Source: Eledone cirrhosa | Taxonomy: Eukaryota | Length of the DNA: 64,000 nucleotides | Assembly (NCBI GenBank): GCA_964016885.1 | Contig: OZ024745.1 | Span: 98,022,001 to 98,086,000 of the forward strand | Reading direction: 5' to 3' | Part shown: in pieces, positions 1 to 14,293 of the stretch | Numbering within the stretch: position 1 is the stretch's first letter | Layout: the number at the start of each line of letters is the position of its first letter | Made by a program: the position numbers and the translations under genes | The notes under the pieces: generated by a model | Told to the model about the DNA's origin: nothing | What the model saw: the letters and a program-made list of their open reading frames with translations, nothing else | The model's database searches: none

Positions 1-210
1 GTATTTCCCCATGACATTTACTTAATGACTGAGTTAAGTGAAATAATTATAACGTGAAAACGAACCCACGTTCAATGTGACTTAACATTACAATCAACGC
101 CTCGTGGTGGAATTGGCTACAATTTGCCATTGCCGTCGCACTGTAGTGTGATAAGAAGAATTGAGTAAAATAGGATATTTAGATAATTTACAAACTACAA
201 CGGATTTTAA

Positions 211-403
211 TAGACCTGTCAACTCTTCCCGTCCGACGGGGAGATCTCCCATCCATTTTGGGGTAGTTGAGAGATGTCTTCTCTTGTGAAAATGGGTTAG
301 CTTTGATTATGTAAAATCTCCCCATTTTGCCTCATTTCTCCCCGTTTTGGGGTACTTTTTTCAAGGCACTACCTGTTTGGGTTTTTAGAGGTTGGCAGGT
401 CTG
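211..403. mobile_element. Putative MITE with imperfect terminal inverted repeats
   Basis: AGACCTGTCAACTCT at the left end vs AGAGGTTGGCAGGTCT at the right end; no clear TSD. Confidence 0.4.
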
Positions 404-639
404 TTCAAATCTAATCTACTTTGGTCGAGTTTACACTCGCAAATAAGAAGAACCAGGACCGCCCCCAGGAGCATTGGATTTGGTGTACTTCATATTTGTT
501 TCGGTTGCTGGATACAATCAGAGGTCGCTGCTTCTCCTGAAGGTCAATAGTTCTCTTCTAACTCGAGCGGGAGCGCCTTTCCATTGTCAATTTGCATTGT
601 TCAAAGACGCATTGTTCTCAGAGCCACTACACCAGTCTC

Positions 640-827
640 GATGCGTGCAGCTGGAACTACTGCCACCCATTGATTTGGCAGGATTGCAACTCATTTCTAC
701 AGCTGAGTAAACTGGAGCAACTTGAAATAAAGTGTCTTGCTCAAGGATACAACACATCATCCGGTCCGAGAATCGAACTCACAACCTTTCGATTGCAAGT
801 CCAATGCTCTAACCACTAAGCCATGCT
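640..827 (-). mobile_element. tRNA-derived SINE, family B (CORE/V-like central domain)
   Basis: Minus strand: tRNA-like head (TGGCTTAGTGGTTAG...GAGTTCGATTC) then CCTTGAGCAAGACACTT...CTCAGCTG; homologous to 57285-57515. Confidence 0.75.
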
Positions 828-1162
828 GTTTTAATCCTTATAAAAATACAAGGTATATTTTATATGAGCTAACTCTTTGAAATCAATTCGTTACGAGTTT
901 ATAATCGAAGTTTGATTTAAATTTTAAAATACTAAAAATGCCAGAAAAGGCAAAAGAAAGAAATATTTAGAATCGACGATATCGATTACATATAACATAA
1001 CTTTAATATTTTAGACAAAATCTATAATTGTTCCTCGTGAATTTGAAAGTATGTTACACGGCAGCGATGATTTGTAGATTTTCTCCCATAGAGACCTTAC
1101 TTTTTAGTTGGAGTATTTGAGGTCAATCATGATCAAAATTATTATTATTTGGTTGTCAGTTC

Positions 1163-1351
1163 TGGATTGGCGGTATCGGTAGCGGATCGGACACCATGCT
1201 TTGCAGCATAGAGTTACGACCCTTTGTGATCTGAGTTCACATCCCGGCGAGGTTAACTTTGCCTTTTATCTTTATGGAGTCGATAAAATAACGCACCAGT
1301 AATGCACTGGAACAATTGCTGGCCTTGTGCTAAATGTAGAAACAATTATTT
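1163..1351 (+). mobile_element. tRNA-derived SINE, family A (Meta-domain-like core)
   Basis: A-box-like TGGCGGTATCGG, B-box-like GAGTTCACATCC, core GCCTTT..ATC...GTCGATAAAATA, tail GGCCTTGTG...AGAAACAATTATT; many copies in the window. Confidence 0.85.
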
Positions 1352-1733
1352 AGTTGCCAGATTTAATTGCCAGGTCCACCCACTTTTTCAAGGAAAATAT
1401 ATTTGACTAATTTTATTTTGTGACACATTTTTCTAATTAATTCTTAATACTTTGTTTTATAACCCTTCATTCTTTATATGTACGTTGTCGTTTCTAAATG
1501 TAGAGAGTTACTTCACTTGATATATCTTCTATTTATACATTACAAAAACAATTTCTTCGGTTTCATTTCCCATTTTCCATTCTACACAGAAATGCTGTAG
1601 CTATTACATTGTTCTCTTTGGTGTGCGTTCATATATATATATAGAGAGAGAGAAACATACATACATACACATATATATCATACATACATACATATATATA
1701 TATATATACAAACATACATATATACATACACAT

Positions 1734-1765
<32 letters not shown>

Positions 1766-1801
1766 CAAACATACATATATACATACACATATATATCATA
1801 C

Positions 1802-1832
<31 letters not shown>

Positions 1833-1865
1833 CATATGTATATATATATATATATATGTATATAC

Positions 1866-1925
<60 letters not shown>

Positions 1926-1933
1926 GTATATAT

Positions 1934-2127
<194 letters not shown>

Positions 2128-3075
2128 ATATATACATATGTATATATATATACAAACATACATACATACATATATATCATACCTACATATATTTATACAC
2201 ACACACATATATATATATAAATATATATAACCCGATCTCATTACCTCAAATTCTAATTACAGCTTGTTCTTTTCTTTCTTTTATTCTTTTTCTTTACTAT
2301 TCTTATCCTAGAACAACGAAATTCTTTATAGTTTGCTAATTTCTCAAAACTAACAATTTCAGATTCGTTCTGAATTCTCTGCAATTTTCTAAAAGACAAG
2401 CGAGTAGATTTTACTTCGTAATTGCTTTGCTTTCAACAAAGCACAGCAAGCTAATTGATGCTTAAAAAAAAAAAAAATGAAGAAGAAATCTTTCAAATAA
2501 TATCACATTATCAGATTAATTTCTGTTCATTCCTTCTACGCCTCATAATTCTTGACACTTCAAAAGCTTCTCGTCAAACGTCCTTCATTGAAAATACGAT
2601 TTATGTTGACAAGTGAACTTTTAGACTAACTGTGTTGTTCACAAGATAATTATGTTTTTTTCTTCTTCTTTCCTAAGTATAGGAACATATTTGCTTAGGT
2701 GAAGGAGGTGAAGTTAACGGTGAGGAAATCTACTCCAGTAAAGTACAAGTATTTATTTTGATTTAATTCCGGAAAGACAAAAGATATAATCGACTGCCGA
2801 ATGGTTGTATCGCACTTAGATAAGAATAGAACACACTGTGTACAATCCGGCATTAAACTGTCTTGGTCATTCAAGTGTTGAGTAATCAGGATATTGCTGG
2901 GTGTAATATATAATATACCATTTCTGTAAAGTGGACTAACTTTGGTTGATTGATTTCATTCCAGTGTATTTATGTAATTGGTTTTATAACAACGTCAAAA
3001 TATGCAAAGTAAGATATATTCCTGTTTATAGCTACTGCACTTATTCCCTGGCTCTCATTATTAAAATATACAAGG

Positions 3076-3297
3076 TCGGTGGATTGGCAGTATCGGTAGA
3101 GGTTCGGACGCCATGCTTTGCAGCATAGAGTTACGGCCCTTTATGATCTGAGTTCAAATCCTGCCGAAATTAACTTTTCCTTTCATCCTTACGGGGTCGA
3201 TAAAATAAAGTACCAGTTAAGCACTGGGGTCGATTTAATCGACTGTCCCTTCCTCCCAAAAATTTCTGGCCTTGTGCCTATATAAGAAACCATTATT
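3076..3297 (+). mobile_element. SINE family A, full length
   Basis: Same head, core and tail as the other family A copies. Confidence 0.88.
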
Positions 3298-5616
3298 TGT
3301 TCCTCGTCAGAAGAACCCAACATTATGTTTCCGATGTAGAATGTAGTTTCGCAACCAATTGAGTTTGCTATCCAGTTACGATTCCTCCTTGAAATTCATT
3401 CAGTTTACTTTACTTCACTATTTCCACCAGGGAAATGCATCAACACCACAACATCCAATGTGACCCACTGAACAAGTTTACCTCTTGACTTCAGTAAATA
3501 GATACACTGATGGCGATTATATTCACTTTCCATTACAACAATGACTCTAATAAGACAACTAAGAATTTTTATACGGACACTCGACCTGCTAGAAATAACA
3601 GGCAAATGTCCATTAAATAAAACACAATCATCTTTTTTAAAAATGGCCAGCTGAAACAAGGTTGATTGGGAGTTGAATAATAACAACAATAACAACAACA
3701 ACAAAAACAACAATAAAATGACAACAACAAAATGACATCAACAAAATGACACTTTTATATAAAAGGCAGAATTTAATTGGCAAGTAAATGGATTACACTA
3801 TTTAATTTGGTTCCTTTGGGTTCCGAGATTAAACTCAGCCGAGTATGACATTGTGTGGTTCCGTGTTTAAACCCAGCCGAGGATGACATTGTGGTAACGA
3901 CCCCTCCCACTGGTTCAGTGAAATAATTGATGCTAGTATACTTGTGCCGACTGACTCAGCTTTACCTTCCAATTACAAAAACAAAAACAAAAACAAACAA
4001 ATAAACAAACAAAACATGTCTTTATTCGTGTGCAAAGAAATCAATATTTGGCATCTTCATGAACCAGAATGGAAACCCAATTTAGATGGTTAATAATTAT
4101 GTTTTGAGAATAAGAACAACACTAAAAACCTGTGTTTCCAAATATTTTAACAAAGAAGAAAACAACAAGAAACAACATTATTCAGAAAATGAGAAGAGAA
4201 GCCTTAAGAAATTTCCTAGAGCAACAAGTTTGTTTCAATTCTTTACAAATTCCGAGATCTATTGGATGGGAACACACGAGAGTGCACACACACACGTGAG
4301 CACACAAACAATACAAACACCCACACAAATACAATGATTTTATATACATATGATTTCTAAACGAAATATTATTTGGGGAATAATTAAAGCATATAATCTT
4401 TTATTTCCAAATATAATATATCAAACTGAATAAATGTAAATAGTATGGTCTATTGAGACTAACAATTCAATTTTCCTTCTGTCTTAACCTACAATATAGA
4501 TTTCTAGCTGTGTCATGTTACTAAAACGTACAACAATAACAAAGTTCGAGTATCTTGATCATCATCTTTGCAGTTAAAAATAACCTACAATGTTTACATT
4601 GTGGACAAATAGATGACTGGTTTATTTGGTGATATACAAATATCTATTTGCAACAGAGAACAAAAATTATTTTTTAACGTGAAATGATAAAATGAATATA
4701 CGACTTTCTAGCAGAATAGATATTGTTTATTAGAATTGTATATATAAACTATATTTTGAATTCAATAGTTAATTTAGAAATTCTGAAACGGATACCACAG
4801 AGAACAAGAAAGCTCCCACTGATCCGTATCCATGATGCATGTTCGATTTTTCGTTGATGCTATTTTTAGTCCATTTTACTGGTTACGCCATTGTATCTAG
4901 ACAAAAGAATTCAAATATCTAGAGTAGCTGCAGTGTTTTGTAAAGAAATAATAGTGCTTTGACATATTTTGAAGAAACAAAGCTAAAGTACTTTCACTGA
5001 CAATATTGCAATACTAAAGACATAGTAGAATGGGGTTAAACAAAATGTTCGGTTTGTAGTATCCAAAGCCACCAGTTCCTTAAGCACACTCCGTCCCCGA
5101 TTAATCTTAATAGCACTATGTGGCATATTTCTGACATTTTACGTTCCCTGGTTAACTCTCACCATTCAGACCTCCTCCCATGGGTCAATTAAATAATTAT
5201 CAGTCATATACTAGGGTTGGGCTACTCAACTAAGCTTCTTCTCAATAAGTTCTGGCTGTTTGCCAATTTAATAAAATCAATATCGTCATATTTACTGCCC
5301 TCTCTGACATATCATGATATCCACTAGGTTATTTGATGTTTTCTTAGAGTTATCTAAGAGTGGATAAAGTGTTGACCTCATGAATATAAAGCCATATTTA
5401 ATCACTTGTGATCAATTAGGCTCTAGGAAAGGACTGCAACAACCCTGAACCATGAAAAGAACTTTGCTGAGAAAAAATAACACACACACACACAAACACA
5501 CACAAAACGAACAAATAAAAAAAACTGATGCTGCTAAATAGTTTAGTGGTTCATATTGTACAAATCGAATGGTTTCGCCTGAAACTAAAATTATTGCTAT
5601 TATTGGCAAAGTCATG

Positions 5617-6440
5617 CCGGTGGATTGGCAGTATCGGTAGAGAGTCGGACAGCGTGCTTCGAGGCTCAGAGTTACGGCCCTTTACATTCTGAGTTCAAAT
5701 TCTGTCGAGGTTAGCTTTGCTTTCATCCTTAAGGAGTCGATAAAATAAAGTACCAGTAATGCACTAGAGTCGATTTAATTGACTTTTCCCTCCCCCCAAA
5801 ATTGCTGGCCTTGTGCCTATATAAAAAAAACCATTAGTGGCAGGGTCATGCTGGTGGATTGGCAGTATCGGGGTAGAGAGTCAAACAGCATGCTTCGAGG
5901 CTTAGAGTTACGGCCCTTTACACTATGAGTTCAAATCCCGTCGAGGTTAGGTTAGCCTTTCATCCTTCAGGAGTCGATAAAATAAAGTACCAGTAATGCA
6001 CTGGTGTCGATTTAACCGACTTTCCCCTTCATACAAAACTGTTGGCCTTGTGTCTAAATCAGAAACCATTATTGGCAGAGTCGTTAGCTCACCCGATAAA
6101 TGCGTAGCAGTCTTTGTTCCTGCTCTTTATGTCTTGAGTTCAAATCCCGCTGAGGTCAACCTTGCCTTTCACCCTTCTGGGTCAATCAAATAAAGTACTA
6201 GTCAAATACTGTGGTCGATATAATTGACTTCACTCCTCCCCACAAATTGCAGGCCTTGTGTCTATTTTAGAAATCATTATTGTTGTGTTCCGACAGAATC
6301 GCTAGAGTTGGACAAAATGTCACGTGGTATTTACTTGGATTTTTTTTTACGTTCTGAGTTCAAATCCCACCGAGGTCAACTTTACCTTTCATTCTTCCAT
6401 GGTCGATCAAATATAATACCAGTCAAACTCTGGCTGGTCA
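5617..6440 (+). mobile_element. Head-to-tail cluster of four family A SINEs
   Basis: Four successive GAGTTCAAAT(C/T)C...CTTTCA...GTC(G/A)AT units at about 5617, 5851, 6072 and 6290. Confidence 0.85.
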
Positions 6441-6554
6441 TCAATTTTACAGGACTGTTGTTTCTGGTGTTATGTTTAGTGTTTCGTCTCTTTGGTAGAG
6501 TACTTGTTATGTGAGTTGCTTTATTTTGTTGGGTGATGGTTATGTTTCGTAAAT

Positions 6555-6995
6555 GCTGTGTATAATGTGGCCAGGGATTATGGAGAGTTCATACAGAGGT
6601 GCGTGTTATAGTAAGTACTGTGTTTAATGTCACCCGGGGATTATGAAGAGTATACACAGAGAGATGTGTGTTATAGTAAGTACTGCGTTTAATGTCGGCC
6701 AAGGATTATGAAGGGTTCATATAGAGAGGTGTATTATAGTAAGTGCTGTGTTTAATGTGGCCAGGGATTATGAAGAGTTCACACAGGGTCATGTGTTATA
6801 GTAAGTACTGTGTTTAATGTCGGCCAGGGATTATGAAGGGTTCATATAGAGAGGTGTATTATAGTAAGTGCTGTGTTTAATGTGGCCAGGGATTATGAAG
6901 AGTACACACGGGGTCATGTGTTATAGTAAGTACTGTGTTTAATGTCGGCCAGGGATTATGAAGGGTTCATAGTGAGAGGTGCGTGTTATAGTAAC
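6555..6995. repeat. Minisatellite, ~61-bp unit with alternating variants
   Basis: TTATAGTAAGT(A/G)CTGTGTTTAATGT..CCAGGGATTATGAAG repeated about 7 times. Confidence 0.9.
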
Positions 6996-7004
6996 TGTAT
7001 CGAA

Positions 7005-7217
7005 TGTGATTGGCGGAAATGTTAGAGCGTCAAATAAAATATCATTGTGGTATATGTTCTGGCTCTTTACATTCTCAGTGCAAATCTTGCCATTACCTTT
7101 CATCCTCCCACGGGTTGATAAAATAAAATAAATACCAATGAAGTACTGGGATTAACTTAATCAACATTGCCCATCCCCAAATTTTCTGGCCTTGTGCTTC
7201 AATTAGAAATCAATATT
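7005..7217 (+). mobile_element. Diverged SINE family A copy
   Basis: CCTTTCATCC..GGGTTGATAAAATAA core and GGCCTTGTGC..TTAGAAA tail. Confidence 0.7.
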
Positions 7218-7249
7218 AGTAAGAGTTGTTCTAATGTTTTTCAGTTTCG

Positions 7250-7910
7250 TCTTCGTTCAAGTATTTGTATGGGAAACCTTGGTCGAATTCTTTGATTTCA
7301 GCATGTCTTTAATTTAATGTCCTACGTTTTAGTTTATTTGCTCCTTCTTATTTGGTCCTTCTTATTTGCTCCTTCTAGATTTGGTACATCTGTTTAATCC
7401 TATATTTATGTTTATGTCTTGTTATAATTAAAGAATAATGTTCGTAGATTTTTCAACTTGATATTGTCTCTTGTAAATATTCTTAAGTCATCCATATAAA
7501 AGAGATGGTTTATGGTTTGTCCGTAATGTCCATAACCAATGATGGTTACATTAAAATAAAAAGTAATGTTAATGGAGTCAGAGCTAAGTAAAAGAGTGTA
7601 TGTATGGGGAGATATTAACTCTCTCTGGACTGGTTTGATTATCTTCTCTTTGCTATATAGTTATACGCTTGTTTTCCATTTTGACATTACCAGGTTGATA
7701 TATATTGCTAGTAATGGGGTTTAGTATATTTATGTAGGCTGTCTACTAATCCCAAATGTATCATACATTATCAAATGCTTTTCCTGTTTTATATGGCATC
7801 TTGTGTTAATTATTGTGTTTTATAATCATTTTATACGTATTTCATGTTTTATCAAATTTTACTCCTCTATTGTATGACGTAGTTGCCCCCTTTTCCTTGC
7901 TTTTATAGAA
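7250..7910 (-). pseudogene. Degenerate non-LTR reverse transcriptase fragment (R4/Dong-like)
   Basis: Minus-strand translation gives KAFDNV, LFYLALTP, NHLFYMDDLRIF (YxDD) and PYKYL; disrupted by stops and frameshifts. Confidence 0.7.
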
Positions 7911-7972
7911 TTTTGTTTAACTTCTATGTTTAGAATGTTTTATATATGGAAGTCCTTGTGACTATTAAAGAA

Positions 7973-8587
<615 letters not shown>

Positions 8588-8729
8588 ACAGATATGTCTA
8601 TTTGCATGTATCTATCTTATAATGACCATATTTGGTAATAAAAAAAAGTAAACTCATGAAAAACTTGAGTATTGTGAGCAATGATTGGTATTTAGGGGGC
8701 GGGGGTATCTTGTATTTTGATAGGATGGG

Positions 8730-9505
8730 GGTGATTTGAATGTTGTGAGGTAATTATTTTTAATGGGGTGGGGAGATCTGTTGTGAGTTAATGATTTTTA
8801 ATGAGGTGGGGAGATCTGTTGTGAGTTAATTATTTTTGATGGGGTGGGGAGATCTGAATGTTGTGAGTTTATTATTTTTAATGGGGTTGGGAAATCAGTT
8901 GTGAGTTAATTATTTTTGATGGGGTGGGGAGATCTGAATGTTGTGAGTTTATTATTTTTAATGGGGTGGGAGATCAGTTATGAGTTAATTATTTTTGATG
9001 GGGTGGGAGTTCAGTTGTAAGTTATTTATTTTTGATGGGGTGGGAGATCAGTTATGAGTTAATTATTTTTGATGGGGTGGGAGTTCAGTTGTAAGTTATT
9101 TATTTTTGATGGGGTGGGAGATCAGTTATGAGTTAATTATTTTTGATGGGGTGGGAGTTCAGTTGTAAGTTATTTATTTTTGATGGGGTGGGAGATCAGT
9201 TATGAGTTAATTATTTTTGATGGGGTGGGAGTTCAGTTGTAAGTTATTTATTTTTGATGGGGTGGGAGATCAGTTATGAGTTAATTATTTTTGATGGGGT
9301 GAGGAGATCAGTTGTGAGTTTCTTATTTTTAATGGCGTGGGAGATCAGTTATGAGTTAATTATTTTTGATGGGGTGGGGAGATCAGTTGTGAGTTACTTA
9401 TTTCTAATGGGGTGGGAGGTCTGTTGTGAGTTATTTATTTTTAATGGGGGGAGATCAGTTGTTAGTTAATTATTTTTAATGGGATGGGGAGATCTCAATG
9501 TTGTG
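8730..9505. repeat. Minisatellite, ~30-31-bp unit
   Basis: TTATTTTTGATGGGGTGGGAG(A/T)TCAGTT(A/G)T(G/A)AG repeated, with two alternating variants. Confidence 0.9.
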
Positions 9506-9526
9506 AATCAAGTACTTTTCCAAATG

Positions 9527-9808
9527 TGACGGTGTGTGGCTCAGTAGTTAGAGTGTTTCACACATGATTGGAAGGTTGTGTAGTCGAGCAAAACATTTTA
9601 TTTTACCTTGCCTCACTCAACTTAGCTGGCAAAAATGAGTTGCACCTGTAATTTAAAGGAATGGTCATGTGGCACTCGCTCACGTGCTGGGTCTCCCTGA
9701 GAAGTACTTTAACGGTGTACGCGTCTTTGGATTGCTCAGCTAATGGCAAGTTAATTTCACGAGCAGGCTGTTCAGTTGTACGAGGATTGGTATCGAGGGA
9801 TATCCCTC
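9527..9808 (+). mobile_element. tRNA-derived SINE related to family B
   Basis: TGGCTCAGTAGTTAG head, GAGCAAAACATTTTATTT, TTAATTTCACGAGCAGGCTGTTC; a similar copy lies on the minus strand at ~60470-60760. Confidence 0.65.
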
Positions 9809-9809
9809 C

Positions 9810-10505
9810 CCACCACACTCACGCATACTCACACATACACACACATAAACACACACATACACCCATATACACATACATACACACATATTTACTCATACAC
9901 ATACACATATTCACACATACGGACCCATACACAGGCACATACACATATTCACACATACGGACACGTACACATGCACATACACATATTCACATATACGGAC
10001 ACATACACACACATACACTCACATACACATACGTTACACACACATACACACTCATACACACACATACACACACATACGCACTCATACACACACATACATA
10101 CACACACATACATACACACTCACACACCCACATGCACATACGTTACACACACATACACTCATATACACACACATACACCCACATACACATACGTTACACA
10201 CACATACACTCATATACACACACATACACACTCATACACACACATACACACACATACGCACTCATACACACACATACATACACACACATACGTTACACAC
10301 TCATACACACACATACACACACATACACACACATACGCACTCATACACACACATACACACACATACGCACTCATACACACACATACATACACACACATAC
10401 ACACACACTCATACACCCACATACACACACATACATACACACACATACATACACACACATACATACACACATATACTCACACATACACACACACACATAC
10501 ACTCA
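9810..10505. repeat. Complex (CA/CATA)n low-complexity repeat
   Basis: Seen directly; it forms the spurious N-terminal part of ORF 9661-11376. Confidence 0.9.
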
Positions 10506-10641
10506 CGTACTCTATCCACTGATTCTAGTTACTAGCAATGTTAGCTCCACAGACTGGCCGTGTTGGTGGTCCCGCGACAGGGTCACAGCCCGTTTTATGG
10601 TCTTTTCGAAGCCCATACAACGCCGGCACGTCATCCACCGT

Positions 10642-11376
10642 ATGCAGTTCTCTGGCTACAATCAGAGAGATAGAATCAGAGTGTATAGAGGAGCCAGAAC
10701 CAAATGGGAAAAAATGGTAAATAATGACATAAATGGGACCTGCCCCTTGTATAGGAGCAAATTTTGGAATAGAATAGAAAGAACTAGGAACAAGGCCAAT
10801 AGAATAAACTCATGGTATGATAGCAATAAATACCAGAATGTAATGTTCATCGATACAACCCCTAGAGGCGAACTAGCCTACAAATTTAGAAGGGCCCTAA
10901 ATAAACATAAACTCAATATTAAGATAGTAGAAAGACCAGGTACCTCCGTAAAAACACTTATTAGCAAGACATACCCGTTTCAAAGACCCTCATGTATAGA
11001 TAAGAAATGTATAACCTGTAAAATAAGCCCCCATATTAACTGTAAAATTAGAAATGTAGTGTATAGCATAAGATGTACTGAAGGACAATGTAGAAACAAA
11101 AATATAGTGTACATAGGTGAGACAGCTCGTAGTATAGGGGAACGGTTAAATGAACACTGGCGGGACCTTCAAGATAATAAAGAATCATCTGTACTCTACC
11201 AACATGCTAAGATAGAACACAAGGGTAAATTAGAGAACATAGAAATAAAACTAGAATCTACACACAGAAAAGATGCAATGTTTAGACAAATTACAGAGGC
11301 AATAAACATAAAAGAATTACAACCAAAATTAAATAGAAAATATGAGTGGAACAGCAACATCACAACTTACAATTAA
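10642..11376 (+). CDS. Penelope-like element ORF, 5'-truncated: RT C-terminal linker, Cys-rich motif and GIY-YIG endonuclease (possibly Nematis-like)
   Basis: SGY...PLYRSKFW...VMFIDTTPRGELA...VERPG...CxxxxCxxC...NVVYSIRC...VYIGETARSIGERLNEH...RQITEAINI...LNRKYEWN; open to TAA at 11376. Confidence 0.88.
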   Translation: MQFSGYNQRDRIRVYRGARTKWEKMVNNDINGTCPLYRSKFWNRIERTRNKANRINSWYDSNKYQNVMFIDTTPRGELAYKFRRALNKHKLNIKIVERPGTSVKTLISKTYPFQRPSCIDKKCITCKISPHINCKIRNVVYSIRCTEGQCRNKNIVYIGETARSIGERLNEHWRDLQDNKESSVLYQHAKIEHKGKLENIEIKLESTHRKDAMFRQITEAINIKELQPKLNRKYEWNSNITTYN

Positions 11377-11588
11377 GGACAAAATGAAAACACACACACA
11401 CATAGAACAAACAACCAACCAATAACATGTAAATAAATAAATAAATAAACAAATAGATAAATGAACACAAACACACACAGACACCCGGATGTGGCGCATG
11501 CGCAAACTAAGCACACAACACACACACAGAAACAAAATGGCGTAGGACAGAAGAAAGGAAAGGCACAGAAACAAAGAAAGGAATCCCC

Positions 11589-11633
11589 AGTCACTGAAGA
11601 AGTCACAGAGTGTGTGACGAAAGGACTATGACT
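11589..11633 (+). ncRNA. Minimal type I hammerhead ribozyme in the PLE 3' repeat
   Basis: AGTCA-CTGAAGA-A-GTCACA(gagtg)TGTGAC-GAAA-GGAC-TA-TGACT; position downstream of the PLE ORF is typical. Confidence 0.8.
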
Positions 11634-11781
11634 ATATATAAACAACTATCTGGTTGTGGAACCAACCAACCAACCAGAAATTTATAAATTTGTAGATTTG
11701 TAAATTTATAAATTTATAAATATATAATAAATTGAAGTGAAAGCAACTGGTGCGTGTGTTTCTTATTGGCAACATGACCCT

Positions 11782-13543
11782 GGACGTCGCCCGGCGGACC
11801 GTTTTACCGAACACCTCCGGGATATTCGTCTCGGCGGTAGTTCCCCCATCGCCCGCCACTTTGGCTCCGCTGGACATTCCACGCACCACCTCACAGTCTG
11901 TGGCCTACTCCAATGCCACGGAACACCCGCCACCCTCCTCAGGGTCGAACAACGCACCATCTTCACCCTACAGACACACACTCCCCCCGGCCTGAACTCC
12001 CCACCCCTATTCCTTTAGCCTTTGACCGCCCTGCCCCCCCTCCCACACACACACACATATCCCCCACTAACACCACTAACACACTCCTCCTTTTCACCGC
12101 CCACCCCACAACTAACAATAATAACACCCCCACCCCACCCCCGACCACCCTTCCCCAACTAACAATACTAACACCCCCCCCTATTACGTACACACCCACC
12201 GGTACATATATACACGCACTCACACTAACCACACACCCCACTACCACCACTAACCCTCACCCACACATCCACTCACACCACCCCACAACTAATACCCCCC
12301 CGCGACCCCACGCACACAAACACACCCACACCCACTCTACACACCCTACCACCACTGACCCCCACTAACACACCCGCATTCAACCCTTTCCCCACCACCA
12401 GTATACTAACACCCACTAACACCCCCTTCACCACACACACACTCATCCAAACACGCACACACACACCAGTACACTACACTCCCTCCACCGGCCCTCACAC
12501 CTTTCTCTCCCTCTCCCCGCTCCACCCACACCCCTTCACACACACACATACCACTAACACCTCTACTAATACACCCCTCCTCACTCCACCTTTCACACCT
12601 ACCCATCCTCTCCCTTGTCCACCGCACCTCCGCACACACTGACACACCGACTTTCTCCACCTGCCATTCATCCCTACTGCTGCTATGCACTGACCCTCTG
12701 ACCACCTCTCCGCACACACAGACACGCAACCCACCTCCTGCCTTGACCCTCTGACCACTTCATGTTGCGCGTGCACCACACATCTCCCCTCTTCCGACCA
12801 CCCAACCACGGATTACACACATTGGACATCGCTCCCACGAATCAACTCCATCACAAGGAAAATATCTGGCATCTCACCACACCCTCTACGGAACTACCTT
12901 AGGAACTTACCCACGGACATACACTCACAAAAAATTTTTTCCCACACGCCACCTACATCTACAATACGTATAAACACCACACACGTGCGTACCACAACAT
13001 ATTTACACACTCAGCCTCCGGAATCCTCTCTTCCCTCCCCCACCCCTATGACCCCTCCCCATCCACACACGCACACACACCGACCTACACCCCACCCACA
13101 CACACCTTTTCCTGAACATGGAACCCCGTTCTTCCCCCAACTCTCACACTCACATACACCCACACACACACGTACACCTACACACACACACCACCTTCAG
13201 CCCTCCCCGCTCGGACACCCCGCCTCCCTCTCCCCACCACACCCGCCACCACCCCTACACATCCCCACACCCTTCCACCACTTGTTTATCTTCATGTTTA
13301 TTTTTATTCTTATGTTTTTATATTTATTTTCATTTGTACCGTTTCCTCCCATCCCCTTTTTTCTAAATGTCTCTCCCCCACTCCTCTACACACCCTTGGA
13401 ACTCTCTTCCCACACACTTTTCGCCTGAAGAAGGGCTTATGCCCGAAACGTCGTTCCCCACCACCACCCCACTCTCAAGAGCGTGAAACTAATAAACCTT
13501 TGTTCGTACTGCCTCTCTGTTTTGTTTCCGTTCCATTTTTCAC
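11782..13543 (+). mobile_element. 5'-truncated Penelope-like element (Neptune-like): GIY-YIG C-terminus to stop at 12018, long C/A-rich 3' UTR, hammerhead, AATAAA
   Basis: GRRPADRFTEHLRDIR...PIARHF...EQRTIFTL..GLNSPP; homologous to the 35572-35799 peptide. Confidence 0.85.
13422..13455 (+). ncRNA. Minimal type I hammerhead ribozyme
   Basis: CTGAAGA-A-GGGC(ttat)GCCC-GAAA-CG-TC; stem I is weak. Confidence 0.7.
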
Positions 13544-13582
<39 letters not shown>

Positions 13583-13583
<1 letters not shown>

Positions 13584-13873
13584 AAAGGAAAAAAGATGAA
13601 ATCGAAAATGCAACTGGAGTCTTATTTAAAAAAATATATATATATTTATTTGGTTCCTTTACCGGTTTCGCAATTCTTCTGCTCCAGATCCGCCATCTCA
13701 ACTCTACTTCTGAAAAGCAGAAGAACTGCGAAACCGGTAAAGGAACCAAATAAATATATATATATTTTTTTTAATAAGACTCCAGTTTTATTTTCAATTT
13801 CATCTTTTTTTCTTTATACTTTAACTCGTGTAGGACACCTCGGTTATTTTTCATTTTGTAAAAAAAACCTCAC

Positions 13874-13880
<7 letters not shown>
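13583..13880. mobile_element. Fold-back PLE-like terminal repeat containing a variant hammerhead (13702-13745, +)
   Basis: ~100-bp inverted arms; CTT-CTGAAAA-GCAG(aagaa)CTGC-GAAA-CCGG-TA-AAG; same family as 18380-18745. Confidence 0.7.
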
Positions 13881-13906
<26 letters not shown>

Positions 13907-13913
<7 letters not shown>

Positions 13914-14041
13914 ACTAGAGATTGATTAACATATAAATAAACATGAATAATCACAGGAGATAATTTTTACAACACTTGTAAAAATTATCTCCTGTGATTA
14001 TTCATGTTTATTTATATGTTAATCAATCTCTAGTTATTATA
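13907..14041. repeat. Perfect palindrome, arms >60 bp, 3-nt loop
   Basis: ATAACTAGAG...TTTTTACAA-cac-TTGTAAAAA...CTCTAGTTAT. Confidence 0.9.
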
Positions 14042-14163
14042 AAATGGTCGGACCTACTCGTTAGAATCTTAGAGCTTATTTTGCGGGTGATATGGCGCAT
14101 GTCTTTCTGGCATGACACCCATAATTTTGATTTAGATTAAATTCATTTGATTTATCTTAATTT

Positions 14164-14223
<60 letters not shown>

Positions 14224-14293
14224 GGGAACAAGTAAACATGAAACAATCTTTTAAATAAATTAAAATACGATTTAAATATTTACCTCTTCTAGT

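Noticed and set aside
3076-3170. tRNA genes suggested by A/B boxes
   Set aside because: They are SINE heads continuing into SINE core and tail; no complete cloverleaf.
6555-6995. Regularly spaced repeats resembling CRISPR
   Set aside because: The variable parts are homologous and alternate; this is a eukaryotic minisatellite.
9661-10641. N-terminal ~327 aa of the 571-aa ORF as a His/Thr-rich domain fused to GIY-YIG
   Set aside because: It is read-through of a SINE tail and a stop-free (CA)-type repeat; protein-like sequence starts only near 10642.
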